Source of the DNA: Minisyncoccota bacterium
Lineage (GTDB): Bacteria > Patescibacteriota > Minisyncoccia > UBA6257 > 2-01-FULL-56-20
DNA length: 64,000 bases
NCBI GenBank assembly: GCA_035541435.1
Contig: DATKNL010000012.1
Span: forward strand, 70,498-134,497
Direction of reading: 5' to 3'
The stretch's first letter is position 1. The number at the start of each line of letters is the position of its first letter. A model generated the notes under the pieces. That model saw only the letters and a list, made by a program, of their open reading frames with translations, was not told the origin of the DNA and searched no databases. Below, piece after piece: positions 39,860 to 50,509 of this stretch. The position numbers and the translations under genes are program-made.

Positions 39860-40741
39860 ATGGACATCAAGAAGGGCAAGGGCGTGCAGTGGATCGACAT
39901 CCACAAGCCGAGCGAGAAGGAGCTGCAGTGGCTCGAGGCCCAATACGACATCCATCCGGTGATCATCGACGAGCTCCGGGGGCCGTCGGCGCGCGCCCGG
40001 GTGGAGGTCTATAAGCACTACATCTACTTCGTCTATTATTTCCCGCTGTACGACAAGGAGGACGAGGCGTCGATCCGCACCGAGATCGACTTCATCGTCA
40101 CGAAGGACACCCTCGTCACCGTGCGCTATGAGAACATGCGCGACGTCTATGACGGGTTCAGCGTCGCCCACGCGACGACGACCCTCGAGATCATGTACCG
40201 GCTGATCGAGCACCTCATCGCTTTCCAGGAGCGGCAGCTCCGGCACGTGCGCGAAAAGGTTGAGGCGGTCGGCAAGGAGATCTTCAAGGACCACGAGCTC
40301 GAGGTGCTGCAGCGCATCACCTATGTGAAGCGCGACATCTCGGAATACCGCATCGTCGTGCGCCTGCAGGAACCGATCCTCCGCTCGCTCGTGGCGAACG
40401 GCCGGACGTTCTGGGGCGGCGACGCCGACGTCTATCTGAACGACCTCATGGGCGACCAGCTCAAGGTCGTGAACCAGCTCGAGGATTACCGCGAGGCGAT
40501 CTCTGACTTCGAGGACACGAACAACCAGCTCATGAACCTCAAGATCAACAGCGTGATGAAGACGTTCACGTCGCTCTCGTTCCTCACCTTCCCGTTCATG
40601 CTCCTCGCCGCGCTCTTCAGCATGAACACGCGCGACACGCCCCTCATCGGCCTGCCGCACGCGTTCTGGATCGTCTTCGGCACGATGGCGACCGCGATGA
40701 TCGTCCTCAGCGCCTATTTCAAACGCAAGGGTTGGTTCTGA
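39860..40741 (+). CDS. corA: CorA-family divalent cation transporter
   Basis: 'QWIDI..P', 'N.VMK.FT', two C-terminal TMs, 'FKRKGW'; the signature is SMN rather than GMN. Confidence 0.88.
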   Translation: MDIKKGKGVQWIDIHKPSEKELQWLEAQYDIHPVIIDELRGPSARARVEVYKHYIYFVYYFPLYDKEDEASIRTEIDFIVTKDTLVTVRYENMRDVYDGFSVAHATTTLEIMYRLIEHLIAFQERQLRHVREKVEAVGKEIFKDHELEVLQRITYVKRDISEYRIVVRLQEPILRSLVANGRTFWGGDADVYLNDLMGDQLKVVNQLEDYREAISDFEDTNNQLMNLKINSVMKTFTSLSFLTFPFMLLAALFSMNTRDTPLIGLPHAFWIVFGTMATAMIVLSAYFKRKGWF

Positions 40742-40754
40742 ACCCGCACGATGC

Positions 40755-42146
40755 ATGATCAAGATCTACAACACGCTTTCGGGCGCTAAGGAGCCGCTCC
40801 CCGACCAGAAGAAGCTGCGGCTCTTCGTGTGCGGCCCGACCGTCTATGACTATCAGCACATCGGGAACGCGCGCACCTATGTGTTCTTCGACTTCTTCGC
40901 GAAGTACCTGCGCGCGCAGGGGTACGACGTCTTCTATCTGCAGAACATAACCGACGTCGACGACAAGATCATCAGGCGCGCCGCCGAGGAGCACGAGGAT
41001 CCGGCGGACCTCGCCAAGCGCTACACGAAGGCCTATCTCGAGGACATGAAGGCGCTCGGCATCGACGCCGTCACGAAGTACGCGCCGGCGACCGACTTCA
41101 TCACGCAGATCGCGGCCCAGGTCGAGCGGCTGATCGAGAAGCGCTACGCCTACAGGATCGAGGACGATGGCTGGTATTTCGACATCGCGAAATTCCCCGA
41201 CTATGGCAAGCTCTCGCACCGCACCGCCGCGCAGGCCGAGGACTCGGTGTCGCGCATCGACGAATCGGTCGGCAAGCGCAACAAGGGCGACTTCTGCCTG
41301 TGGAAGTTCTCGTCGAAGGCCGGCCGCGCCGCGGGCGCCGAACCCTCGTGGACGACGCAGGTGGGCGAAGGCCGTCCCGGCTGGCACATCGAGGACACGG
41401 CGATCTCGGATTATTTCTTCGGACCGCAATACGAGATCCACGGCGGAGGCGTCGACCTGAAGTTCCCCCACCATGAAGCCGAGATCGCCCAGCAGGAAGC
41501 GGCATCGGGCCGCGAACCGTTCGTGCGCTACTGGGTCCACACCGGACATGTGCTCGTAGAAGGGAAGAAGATGTCGAAGAGCCTCGGCAACTTCGTGACG
41601 ACGCGCGACTTCCTCGTGAGCCATCCGCCCGAGCTCCTCCGCTGGATCACGTTCACGAGCCATTACCGCTCCCCCGTCGACTTCTCCGAAACGCTTGCCG
41701 CCCAGGGGACGGCCGCCATGAACACGCTCGGGTCGTTCCTCGCGAAGCTCGACCGCACGGACGGCAGGACCGACGCCGACGCCGAACGCGCCGCGGCGGT
41801 TTTCACGGCGAAGTTCCACGAGGCCCTTGCGGACGACCTCAACACCCCGGCCGCCATCGCGTCCATGTTCGAATTCATGGCCCGGTTTCAGACGAACATC
41901 TGGTCGCTCCGCGCATCCGAGGCGCGCATGATTAAAAAATCCTTAAAAGCCGCCCTCGACACCTTCGGCATCTCGCTGCCGTCGCCCAAAATCCCGGCCG
42001 AAGTCGAGCGAATGGCCAAGGAACGCGAGAAGTTCAGAAAGAGTAAACAGTTTGTTCAGGCCGACGCCTTGCGCGAGCGGCTGGGCAGCGTAGGATATGA
42101 AATTGAGGACACGCCCCAGGGATACTTCCTGTGGCCCAGGCCTTGA
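40755..42146 (+). CDS. cysS: Cysteine--tRNA ligase
   Basis: 'CGPTVY..HIGNAR', 'PGWHIE', 'HGGG.DL.FPHH', KMSKS. Confidence 0.97.
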   Translation: MIKIYNTLSGAKEPLPDQKKLRLFVCGPTVYDYQHIGNARTYVFFDFFAKYLRAQGYDVFYLQNITDVDDKIIRRAAEEHEDPADLAKRYTKAYLEDMKALGIDAVTKYAPATDFITQIAAQVERLIEKRYAYRIEDDGWYFDIAKFPDYGKLSHRTAAQAEDSVSRIDESVGKRNKGDFCLWKFSSKAGRAAGAEPSWTTQVGEGRPGWHIEDTAISDYFFGPQYEIHGGGVDLKFPHHEAEIAQQEAASGREPFVRYWVHTGHVLVEGKKMSKSLGNFVTTRDFLVSHPPELLRWITFTSHYRSPVDFSETLAAQGTAAMNTLGSFLAKLDRTDGRTDADAERAAAVFTAKFHEALADDLNTPAAIASMFEFMARFQTNIWSLRASEARMIKKSLKAALDTFGISLPSPKIPAEVERMAKEREKFRKSKQFVQADALRERLGSVGYEIEDTPQGYFLWPRP

Positions 42147-42149
42147 TTC

Positions 42150-43514
42150 ATGCCCATCCCCAAGAAAACCGACCTCAAAGTGCCGCCTCAGAACCTCGAG
42201 GCGGAGCAGAACGTCCTCGGAAGCCTCCTCATCGACAAGAACGCGATCTTCCGGATCGCGGACCAGCTGACCGCCGACGACTTCTATGTGCCCGCGCATG
42301 CGAGGATCTTCGAGGCGATCGTATCGCTCTATGAGAAGCGCCAACCGATCGACGTGCTCTCGCTCACGACCTTCCTCAAGGACCGCGAGACGCTGAAGGA
42401 CGTCGGCGGGTCCGCCTATCTCGCCGAACTCACGAACCACGTGACGACCGCGTCGCATGTCGCGCACTACGCCGGGATCGTGCGCGACAAGAAGGTGCGC
42501 CGCGACCTCATCAAGGCGTCGGCCGAGATGGCCGAGAGCGCCTTCGAGACCGGCCAGGACATCGACGACCTGCTCGACGACAACGAGCAGAAGATCCTCT
42601 CGATCTCGCAACGCTCGCTCCCCCAGAACTTCGTCGCGCTGAAGGACGACCTCGTCACCGCCTATGAGCGCATCGCGTCGCTCCACGAGGGCGGCGGCAA
42701 GCTGCGCGGCGTGCCGACCGGGTTCCCCGAGCTCGACGAGACTCTTTCGGGCCTTCAGAAGTCCGAGCTCATCATCCTCGGCGCGCGGCCGTCGGTCGGC
42801 AAGACGTCGCTCTGCCTCGACATCGCCCGCAACGCCGCGAAGGCCGGCCACACCGTCGGCATCTTCTCGCTCGAGATGTCGCGCGAACAGCTGCAGGACC
42901 GCATCATCGCCGCCGAATCCGGCGTGCCGCTCTGGCACATCCTCACGGGACGCCTGAGCGACCACACCGAGCTCCCGATCATCCAGGAGTCCCTCGACCG
43001 CCTTTCGCAGATCAAGCTCTTCATCGACGACTCGCCGTCGCTCAACGTTTTGCAGATGCGGTCGATGGCGCGCCGGCTGCAGGTGGAACACGGCCTCGAC
43101 CTGCTCGTGATCGACTACCTGCAGCTCATCCGCCCGCGCGTGAACTTCGAAAGCATGGTGCAGCAGATCACCGAGATCTCCCGCGGCCTCAAGGCGCTCG
43201 CCCGCGAGCTCAAGGTGCCCGTCGTCGCGCTCTCGCAGCTCTCGCGCGGCGTCGAGCAGCGCGACCACAAGATCCCCCGCCTTTCCGACCTCCGCGAATC
43301 GGGTTCGATCGAACAGGACGCCGACATCGTCATGTTCATCTATCGCGACGAGCGCAACCCGAACGACACCGCGAGCGAGGCCGACAACATCGTCCACCTC
43401 CGCATCGCGAAACACCGCAACGGCCCCCTGCGCGACATCGACTTCTTCTTCGACGCCGAGCGCGCGTCGTTCAAGGTGCTCGAGAAACGCTACAGCGAGC
43501 TGCCGCCGCTCTGA
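42150..43514 (+). CDS. dnaB: Replicative DNA helicase
   Basis: 'PP.N.EAEQ.VLG', 'ARPSVGKT', 'IDYLQL', 'LSDLRESGSIEQDAD'. Confidence 0.98.
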   Translation: MPIPKKTDLKVPPQNLEAEQNVLGSLLIDKNAIFRIADQLTADDFYVPAHARIFEAIVSLYEKRQPIDVLSLTTFLKDRETLKDVGGSAYLAELTNHVTTASHVAHYAGIVRDKKVRRDLIKASAEMAESAFETGQDIDDLLDDNEQKILSISQRSLPQNFVALKDDLVTAYERIASLHEGGGKLRGVPTGFPELDETLSGLQKSELIILGARPSVGKTSLCLDIARNAAKAGHTVGIFSLEMSREQLQDRIIAAESGVPLWHILTGRLSDHTELPIIQESLDRLSQIKLFIDDSPSLNVLQMRSMARRLQVEHGLDLLVIDYLQLIRPRVNFESMVQQITEISRGLKALARELKVPVVALSQLSRGVEQRDHKIPRLSDLRESGSIEQDADIVMFIYRDERNPNDTASEADNIVHLRIAKHRNGPLRDIDFFFDAERASFKVLEKRYSELPPL

Positions 43515-43576
43515 TTTCGCGCCGCCGCGCGGCGGGCGGGCGCGGACGAGGGCGGACCCGTGGTATACTGACCCCT

Positions 43577-44179
43577 ATGAAACTGCCATCGCCCATCCAG
43601 CGCGTGATCGAGGAGCTTTCGAAACTGCCGTCCATCGGCCCCCGCCAGGCCATCCGCCTCGCGTTCTACATGATCGGCGAAGGCAAGGACGAGCTCGCGG
43701 ATTTCGCCCGGGCCGTCGACGGCCTGCGCACGATCAACGTCTGCGAACGGTGCTTCTTCATCCATCAGAACGAGGGCGGCCTCTGCGACATCTGCCGCAA
43801 CCCGAACCGCAACCAGCGCGTCGTGATGGTCGTCGAAAAGGAGACGGACCTCATCTCGCTCGAGGACACGAGGAAGTTCACCGGCCGCTATTTCATCTCG
43901 GGACCGATCTCGAAGACCGGATTCCTCGAGCCCTGGCAGAAGCTGCGCCTGCAGAGCCTCGTGTCGTTCATCAGGAAGGACCTCGGCGGGACCGCCGACG
44001 AGATCATCTTCGCCTTCAATCCGACGACGCTCGGCGACTTTCAGGCGTCGCTCCTCATGAAGGAGCTCGGCCCGGTGACGAAGAAGATGAGCCGCCTGGG
44101 GCGCGGCCTGCCGACCGGCGGCGAGATCGAGTTCGCCGACGACGAGACGCTCGGATCGGCGCTCGACCGGCGCGGCTGA
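43577..44179 (+). CDS. recR: Recombination mediator RecR
   Basis: HhH 'LPSIGPRQA.RLA', C4 zinc finger, Toprim, 'GLP.GGE.EF.D..TL'. Confidence 0.96.
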   Translation: MKLPSPIQRVIEELSKLPSIGPRQAIRLAFYMIGEGKDELADFARAVDGLRTINVCERCFFIHQNEGGLCDICRNPNRNQRVVMVVEKETDLISLEDTRKFTGRYFISGPISKTGFLEPWQKLRLQSLVSFIRKDLGGTADEIIFAFNPTTLGDFQASLLMKELGPVTKKMSRLGRGLPTGGEIEFADDETLGSALDRRG

Positions 44180-44257
44180 CGGCGCGCGCATCCCGTTCGA
44201 TAACAAAACGCCCCGTCCATGTGGTTGCATGAACGGGGCTCACCTCCGATCGGCCGG

Positions 44258-44584
44258 TCAGTCTGCCCAGTGCGGACAGCTTGCGGGATCGGCCTTGCAT
44301 AGAAAAGCCGTGATCTGCGGCGTCTTCTTGGGCGTGAAGGCTCCGTTGTAATAGAGCTTGCCATACCCGACCTTCACCACCGCGACATACCGCGAAACTT
44401 CCTTGGTCTTATAGCAGTCGTCTCCTTGGCAGGCTCCCTTCGCCCGCAGGTTCGCGACGACGGTGTCGGCCTGACCCATGGTCTGAATGACCTGGTCCGC
44501 GACGCCGTCCTGATAGGTCGTCACGATCACGAACAGGATGACGAGCCCGAGTACGGTACCGCAAAACGCAAGAACGATCTTCAC
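44258..44584 (-). CDS. Small exported hypothetical protein, stand-alone unit
   Basis: N-terminal TM, Cys pairs; TTGACA-18-TATAAT (44678-44649), GGAGG RBS, GTG start, terminator ~44205-44240. Confidence 0.72.
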   Translation of the reverse strand: MKIVLAFCGTVLGLVILFVIVTTYQDGVADQVIQTMGQADTVVANLRAKGACQGDDCYKTKEVSRYVAVVKVGYGKLYYNGAFTPKKTPQITAFLCKADPASCPHWAD

Positions 44585-44695
44585 AATACCCTCCCTGTGG
44601 CGCCACGCGCCGGCTGGTTTTTAAATTTGCATTACTAACACTAGGGGAATTATAACAACAAAATTGCCACTTTGTCAAGTACCGGCCGGTGCCCC

Positions 44696-45727
44696 CTATC
44701 CGTGCCGCACTTCGAGCACGTCCCCGTCGGCAACGACATAGTCCTTGCCTTCGACGCGGAGCCACCCTTTCTGCTTGGCCTGGGACCATCCGCCCGCGGC
44801 GACGAGCTTGTCATAGGCGACCACCTCGAGCCTGATGAACTTCTTCTCGAAGTCGGTATGGATGACGCCGGCGGCCTGGGGCGCCTTCGTCCCCTGTTCG
44901 ATCGTCCACGCGCGCGTCTCGTCCTCGCCGGTCGTGAAGAAGCTGATCAGGTTGAGCGTGCGATACGCCTCGCGGACAAGCTCCGGAACGGCATCCGCGG
45001 CGGCGAGGTTCGCGACGAGGTGGTGACCGCCGAGCGAGGCGATGCGTTCGAGGAGCGCGGGCGGGACGTCGTCCGGCTCGCCGTTCAAAAGATAGATCTG
45101 CCGCTTGAGCGTGAGCAAATTAAGATCGTTTAACCGTCCCGTCGTCCTTCCCTCGTGCGCCACGTCGTTCGCGAGCGCCGCATCGGCGACGGGCAGGCGC
45201 CCTGCCTCAAGACACGCCTTGAGCCGCGAAAGGAGGTCGCGGTCCGCAAGCGCCTCCTTCTTGCCGGTGCGCGCTTCGGCTTCGGCTTTCGCGAGCCGCT
45301 TCTCGACGAGCTCGAGGTCCTTGAGGATGAGTTCCTGGTTGATGATCTCGAGGTCGCGCAGCGGATCGACGGAATTCTCGACGTGGATGATGCCGGGATC
45401 CTTGAACGCGCGCAGCACGAGGATGATCGCCTGCGTCTCTTTGATGTGCCCAAGGAACTGGTTGCCCAGCCCCTCGCCCTTGTTCGCGCCCTTCACGAGG
45501 CCCGCGATGTCATAGAACTCGACGACCGCCGGGATCTTCTTTTTCGACTTGCTCATGGCCGCGAGCTTCTCGACCCGCTCGTCGGGAACGGCGACGATGC
45601 CGACATTCGGATCGATCGTCGCGAAGGGATAGTTCGCGATCACGATGTCCTGGTTCGTAAGGACCTTGAACAGCGTGGATTTGCCGACGTTCGGCAGCCC
45701 GACGATGCCGAGGGAGATTTTGGCCAT
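44696..45727 (-). CDS. ychF: Redox-regulated ATPase YchF
   Basis: 'GIVGLPNVGKST', 'ANYPFATIDPN', 'DIAGLV.GA..GEGLGNQFL', TGS tail; start ATG 45727. Confidence 0.97.
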   Translation of the reverse strand: MAKISLGIVGLPNVGKSTLFKVLTNQDIVIANYPFATIDPNVGIVAVPDERVEKLAAMSKSKKKIPAVVEFYDIAGLVKGANKGEGLGNQFLGHIKETQAIILVLRAFKDPGIIHVENSVDPLRDLEIINQELILKDLELVEKRLAKAEAEARTGKKEALADRDLLSRLKACLEAGRLPVADAALANDVAHEGRTTGRLNDLNLLTLKRQIYLLNGEPDDVPPALLERIASLGGHHLVANLAAADAVPELVREAYRTLNLISFFTTGEDETRAWTIEQGTKAPQAAGVIHTDFEKKFIRLEVVAYDKLVAAGGWSQAKQKGWLRVEGKDYVVADGDVLEVRHG

Positions 45728-45848
45728 GTGATGAACACTATCATATCGGCGCAGCAGATCAAAGAGGGCCCCGGTTGCGTTCTCGCGCGGGAAGGCTATA
45801 CTGGCGTCAGCGAAAGCTGATTTCAAATTCACCACCGAGGCGACTCCG

Positions 45849-46880
45849 ATGGAACTGCAGGCTCTCTGGCGGAAGGCGGACTCGCTCCGCGGCTGCCTTT
45901 CCCACCTCAAGACGACCCAGGGGCGTCGGCGGTATCCCGTCGACGAAGATCCCCTGGCGCTGACCGACCCGTTCGTGAGCGACGAGGCCAAGCTCCTCTC
46001 GAGCAAGGCCTTCCGCGTCATGGACGACAAGACCCAGGTATTCACCCAGCCGAAGACGCCGCTCATCCGCAGCCGCAAGTCCCACGTCCTCGAAGTCGCG
46101 GCCTGCTCGGTCGTCGCTTCGGAGATGCTTGGGCTCAACACGAACCTCGTCCGTGCGGCGGCGATCGGACACGACATCGGCCACGTCCCCTTCGGCCACC
46201 AGGGCGAATCGTGGATGGCGAAAGCGATGAACCGGCCCGAATTCTGCCACGAAGTGATGGCGCCGATCATCGCCCAGAAGATCGAGCGCAAAGGCCAGGG
46301 CCTCAACCTGACCTTCGAGACGCTCGAGGCGATGATGCGGCACAGCGGCAACACGGCGCGCGAAGGGATGAGTCAGGAGGCGTGGACGCTCCGGCACACG
46401 GACAAGTTCACCTATATCTTCCACGACGTGAACGACATCATCGTGCGCATGGGCTATCCCGTCCGCGAGGAACTCACCGCGCTCATCGACGAATTCGGAT
46501 CGACGCAGCGCGAACGCACGACGACGGCCATCGCCGGACTCGTCATCGAGTCGGCCGAGGCCGGCAAGGTCAGCTTCGAGGAATCGGAGCTCGGTCGGAA
46601 GTTCAAGCGGCTCCGCTCCCTGATGTACGAGATCTATCCGTGCGTAACCCAGCAGAAGGTGTGCTACACGATGGAACCGGTCCTCGAGTGCCTGCGGCAG
46701 ATGAAGATCGGCGATCCCTTCCTGCTGCTCGCCCTCATGACCGACAAGGACGCCATCATGCTGGCGGCAGAACCGATGAAGGACATGCAGGCCTTCAGAA
46801 GCACGGCCGTAAGCGAGATCGTTCCGCACCTCAAGCGGATCGGGCCGATCGACCTCTGCGATCCCGGTCTCGATTGGTAA
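45849..46880 (+). CDS. HD-domain dNTP triphosphohydrolase (dGTPase-like)
   Basis: 'SKAFR...KTQVF', 'R.SH.LEV', 'GHDIGHVPFGH.GE', 'LNLT.ETLE....H'; own terminator ~46904-46935. Confidence 0.87.
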   Translation: MELQALWRKADSLRGCLSHLKTTQGRRRYPVDEDPLALTDPFVSDEAKLLSSKAFRVMDDKTQVFTQPKTPLIRSRKSHVLEVAACSVVASEMLGLNTNLVRAAAIGHDIGHVPFGHQGESWMAKAMNRPEFCHEVMAPIIAQKIERKGQGLNLTFETLEAMMRHSGNTAREGMSQEAWTLRHTDKFTYIFHDVNDIIVRMGYPVREELTALIDEFGSTQRERTTTAIAGLVIESAEAGKVSFEESELGRKFKRLRSLMYEIYPCVTQQKVCYTMEPVLECLRQMKIGDPFLLLALMTDKDAIMLAAEPMKDMQAFRSTAVSEIVPHLKRIGPIDLCDPGLDW

Positions 46881-47086
46881 TATGGCGACATCCCCGATTA
46901 TGCGAGCACGACCTTATGGCGTGCTCGTTTTTTTTGCGCTTTGACGCGGCGGCGGCCCGTTTGCGCCCCGAAACCTTGTGCCATTCCGGACGTTCCGTAG
47001 TATGGACGCCCGAAGCCGCTAACAGATCTGGATTTCAGGCGTATTATAAGAGGAACGGGTCGAAACAAACCATTCATTAAAAATTC

Positions 47087-48454
47087 ATGAAAAAGACAGC
47101 CTTCATAGCCATGCTGCCGGTCCTTGCGCTCGCCCTCGTCGCGGGAACGGTCGCGATGGCTCAGAATGCGCCGGGCGCGGGGGCGGCCATCGGCGCAAGC
47201 GGCAGCGGATCGGCAAGCGCCGGAACCGCCACGATCGCCCCGCCGGCGCCGGTCCCCGGTGATGCCGGATTCGTGCAGTTCAACAGCCTCACGGTCGAAA
47301 GCGTATCGGGCACCGGCGTCCCGGCCGAAATCACGGCCATGCCGCAGGTGACGATCATGTCGGGCGGAGCGGCGGGCGGCGGAACGGGAAGCGCTTCGGG
47401 CGGCGCGATGTCGTCCGGCAACGCGGCAAGCAACTGCCTCCGCTTCGACACGCAGAACGCCGGCAAGGGCATGGTCATCCCCTGTCCCATAGCGCCTCCG
47501 GTACCCGCCCCGTCGGCATCGAACGGAACGTCGCCCGCGAACGGCCCGGCCATCATGACCGTGCCGCCGATCGGCGCCTTCCGCATCGAGGTCTCGGCGA
47601 ACACCGAGATCATGCTCCGCGACCGCACGGCGGCATCCCTCGCCGATATCTCGGCGGGCGACCAGATCAACGTCTTCGGCTACTATAACACCGACGGCAG
47701 CATCCAGGCCTACGTCGTGCGCGACACCTCGAAGCCCGTCGAGACGCAGACGATGCAGCTCAACAATGTTTCAGTCGTGTCGGTTTCGGGAACATCGATT
47801 CCCGCGACGCTCACGGTGACGCAGACGGTCGGTGCGCCCTGCTACCACTTCAACACGAACGGCGCGCAAGCCCCGATCGCGTGCCCGCTGGGGATCATCG
47901 CCCCGGCGCAGGTCCCCGCGCCGTCGTCGAACGCGGCGAACACGTCGAGCGCCCCGACGGCTCCGACCGTCGCCCCGAACTACATGATGCTCCGCAGGTA
48001 CTCGGTGAACGTCGATGCGCGCACGATCGTGCTTGACCGCAACCGCAACGCGCTCACGCTCGCCGACATCCATCAGGGCGACCGCCTCAACGTGTACGGC
48101 GAGACGAGCGACAACGGCCAGACGATCGCGGCCGACATCATCCGCGACCTCTCGCTCCCCGTCGCCCCGTCGACCTATATGGGAACCGTGACCCAGGTGA
48201 ATCCCGACGGATCGTTCACCGTCCAGACGAACGACGGCCGCACGTTCACCGTGCAGGGTCCGGTCGCGGCCGGCGAAAGCGTCTCGGTGGACGGCCTGCT
48301 GAACCAGAGCGGAACCGTCCTCACGGGCGTCACCCGCCTCTCGGTCTCGAGCGGGACCGCCTATCCTCCCCAGCCGCCGGTCATGCTCCCCATGATGCGG
48401 GTCCAGGGATCCCCGTATCCGACGAGCACGAACGGCAAGCCGATCAACTATTAG
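47087..48454 (+). CDS. Secreted protein with repeated OB-like (DUF5666-like) modules
   Basis: Signal peptide; two 'T....R.R....LADI..GD..NV.G......I.A...RD.S.P' repeats. Confidence 0.78.
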   Translation: MKKTAFIAMLPVLALALVAGTVAMAQNAPGAGAAIGASGSGSASAGTATIAPPAPVPGDAGFVQFNSLTVESVSGTGVPAEITAMPQVTIMSGGAAGGGTGSASGGAMSSGNAASNCLRFDTQNAGKGMVIPCPIAPPVPAPSASNGTSPANGPAIMTVPPIGAFRIEVSANTEIMLRDRTAASLADISAGDQINVFGYYNTDGSIQAYVVRDTSKPVETQTMQLNNVSVVSVSGTSIPATLTVTQTVGAPCYHFNTNGAQAPIACPLGIIAPAQVPAPSSNAANTSSAPTAPTVAPNYMMLRRYSVNVDARTIVLDRNRNALTLADIHQGDRLNVYGETSDNGQTIAADIIRDLSLPVAPSTYMGTVTQVNPDGSFTVQTNDGRTFTVQGPVAAGESVSVDGLLNQSGTVLTGVTRLSVSSGTAYPPQPPVMLPMMRVQGSPYPTSTNGKPINY

Positions 48455-48595
48455 GCATTCCTCGCAACGCGTCAGGCGCCTTGAAACCAGCGCCCTCGCA
48501 CGAACAGCCGGCGTCAGGCCGGCTGTTTTTTTCGCGCCGAAAATCCAGCACGGCATCGCTGTAATAAACGAAACGAAGGGGGCGTATGAACTACC

Positions 48596-49600
48596 ATGAA
48601 AAAAGCCACGTCAGCGCTTGCCGTCATCACGCTCGCCGCCATCGCCGGAGGCGCCGCACTCACGGCGAACGCGCAGCTGTTTACCTATTCCGGCACCACG
48701 ACGACGCCAAGCTCGAGCGTCGTGAGCACGACCGCGTCATCTTCGCCGGCGGAAACTTCGACGAGCAGCGGAAGCGTGCTCGGCGCCGCCACCTCGACGA
48801 CGACATCCTCGACGGTCCCGACCGTTTCGCCCGCCGTCGTCTCCGTGACGCCTCAGTGGATCCAGGTGAACGGACTCACGGTCACCGGCATGTCGTCGAC
48901 GCTCAAGCCGGCGACGCTCGCCGCTTCGACACCGAGCCCCAGCTGCGAGACGTTCGCCGATCAGTCGTCGGCATTCGGCACCGCGGTCACATGCCCGGCC
49001 GTCTCATCCTATGAGATCGCCGTCGACCAGGCGACGGTTGTCCGCCTGCGCGACCGGAGCGTCGGCGTCCTTGCGAACGTCACGACGGGCGACGTCGTCA
49101 ACGTGTTCGGATCCCTCACTGCCGACGGCACGCTGCAGGCGACCATCCTGCGCGACCTCTCGAAGCCGCAAGTCGGCCTCGTGCCCTCGACCGGCTTCCC
49201 GTCTGGCGGCGGCACGACCATCGCCGGCACCGGAACGTCGAATGACGCCATCCTCAGCCTCGCCGCCGCGCTGCTCACCCTCTTCCCGAACCTTGCCGCG
49301 ACCATGACCTCCTCAGGCACCCTTCCCGCCGACCTCCGCTCGTTCGGCGCGACGATCACCCAGGTGAACGCCGACGGATCGTTCGTCGTGCGCCTGACCG
49401 ACGGCCGCACGTTCACGGTACCGAACGTCATCCGGGTCGGAACGACCGTGACGCTCGGCCAGGTCGTCGACTGGATCAACGCGCACTGGAACTCGATCAC
49501 CGGAACCGCATCAGGCACGATGCCGGCCTCGGGACTCATGATCCCCTATAACGGCAGCACGAGCGTCGCGACGCCAAGCGGAACGCCGAACATCTATTGA
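48596..49600 (+). CDS. Secreted paralog of the upstream protein
   Basis: Shares 'GD.VNVFG....G...A...RDLSKP' and 'ITQVN.DGSF.V...DGRTFTV'; both proteins end in a P.(I)N(I)Y tail. Confidence 0.78.
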   Translation: MKKATSALAVITLAAIAGGAALTANAQLFTYSGTTTTPSSSVVSTTASSSPAETSTSSGSVLGAATSTTTSSTVPTVSPAVVSVTPQWIQVNGLTVTGMSSTLKPATLAASTPSPSCETFADQSSAFGTAVTCPAVSSYEIAVDQATVVRLRDRSVGVLANVTTGDVVNVFGSLTADGTLQATILRDLSKPQVGLVPSTGFPSGGGTTIAGTGTSNDAILSLAAALLTLFPNLAATMTSSGTLPADLRSFGATITQVNADGSFVVRLTDGRTFTVPNVIRVGTTVTLGQVVDWINAHWNSITGTASGTMPASGLMIPYNGSTSVATPSGTPNIY

Positions 49601-49620
49601 TATCGATCGGTCGCACGACG

Positions 49621-50508
49621 TCATTTCGGAGCCACGATCGACTGCAGCAGCGGCTGCGCGAGGGTCGACGGCTTCGTGACGTCGATGTCGGCATGGCCGC
49701 CGGACCTGAAGACGAACGTATAGCCGAACGGATCGGGAGGGACTTCGGGTATGACGCGCGCCGCGACCAGTTCGTCGGTCGACGTTGGATAGGTCCCACG
49801 CGCCTGCTTATAGATGCGGGCCGCCGCCTCGAGATAGTCGAAGATCTGCAGGCGCGTCACATAGGCCTGGGCCCGCTCGCGGGTCGCCTCGTCGTTCGTC
49901 GAGCTCGCGATGGTGAGCCAGAGTTCCTCGGTCGTGGCGCGCTGGTTGGCGCCGACGCCGAAGTTGAGCGCGAACCGCTCGGCGTAATCGGGGATGCCCG
50001 GCGTCCGGGCGGCGACATCGAAATAGGTGAGTGCGCTCCGTTCGTCCTTCGCGTCGAGATAATAGTCGATGGCCATGTAATACGGGATGCGCCAGTCGTT
50101 CTGCACGTTCTCGAGTCCCTTGCGGCCGATCGCGAGCGCGATCGTGTCGCTCGCATCCTGGCCGGCGAACCGGCCGGCAGGAATGGCCGGAATGGCGATC
50201 ACCGAAAACGCGTACGGGTACCCGAGCTTCGGGTCGACGCTGCTCACATAGGCGACGTCCGAAACGTATTCCGTCTTGCCGACGAACAGGTCGAGGATCT
50301 CGGGCATCGTTCCCGCCCAGAGCGCCGACGCGACGGTCGAGTGGAATCCCATGTCGACGAGGCGCACGAACTCGGGCGACGTATAGCTTGCGAGCGACGG
50401 CGGCCCGGACGGCTTCACGAGGTCATAGTCGTACTGCGTCGCGGCGATCGCCGCGATAAAGAGGATGACGATCAGCGCCTTCATGCCCGATCCGAAGCGC
50501 GAGACCAT
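49621..50508 (-). CDS. Membrane-anchored TPR-like protein with pseudopilin-like C-terminus (PilG-like accessory)
   Basis: N-terminal TM; 'W.IPYY.A..YY', 'Y....G.YP....ELV....I...P.DPFG..F'; third gene of the ABC module. Confidence 0.65.
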   Translation of the reverse strand: MVSRFGSGMKALIVILFIAAIAATQYDYDLVKPSGPPSLASYTSPEFVRLVDMGFHSTVASALWAGTMPEILDLFVGKTEYVSDVAYVSSVDPKLGYPYAFSVIAIPAIPAGRFAGQDASDTIALAIGRKGLENVQNDWRIPYYMAIDYYLDAKDERSALTYFDVAARTPGIPDYAERFALNFGVGANQRATTEELWLTIASSTNDEATRERAQAYVTRLQIFDYLEAAARIYKQARGTYPTSTDELVAARVIPEVPPDPFGYTFVFRSGGHADIDVTKPSTLAQPLLQSIVAPK

Positions 50509-50509
50509 G

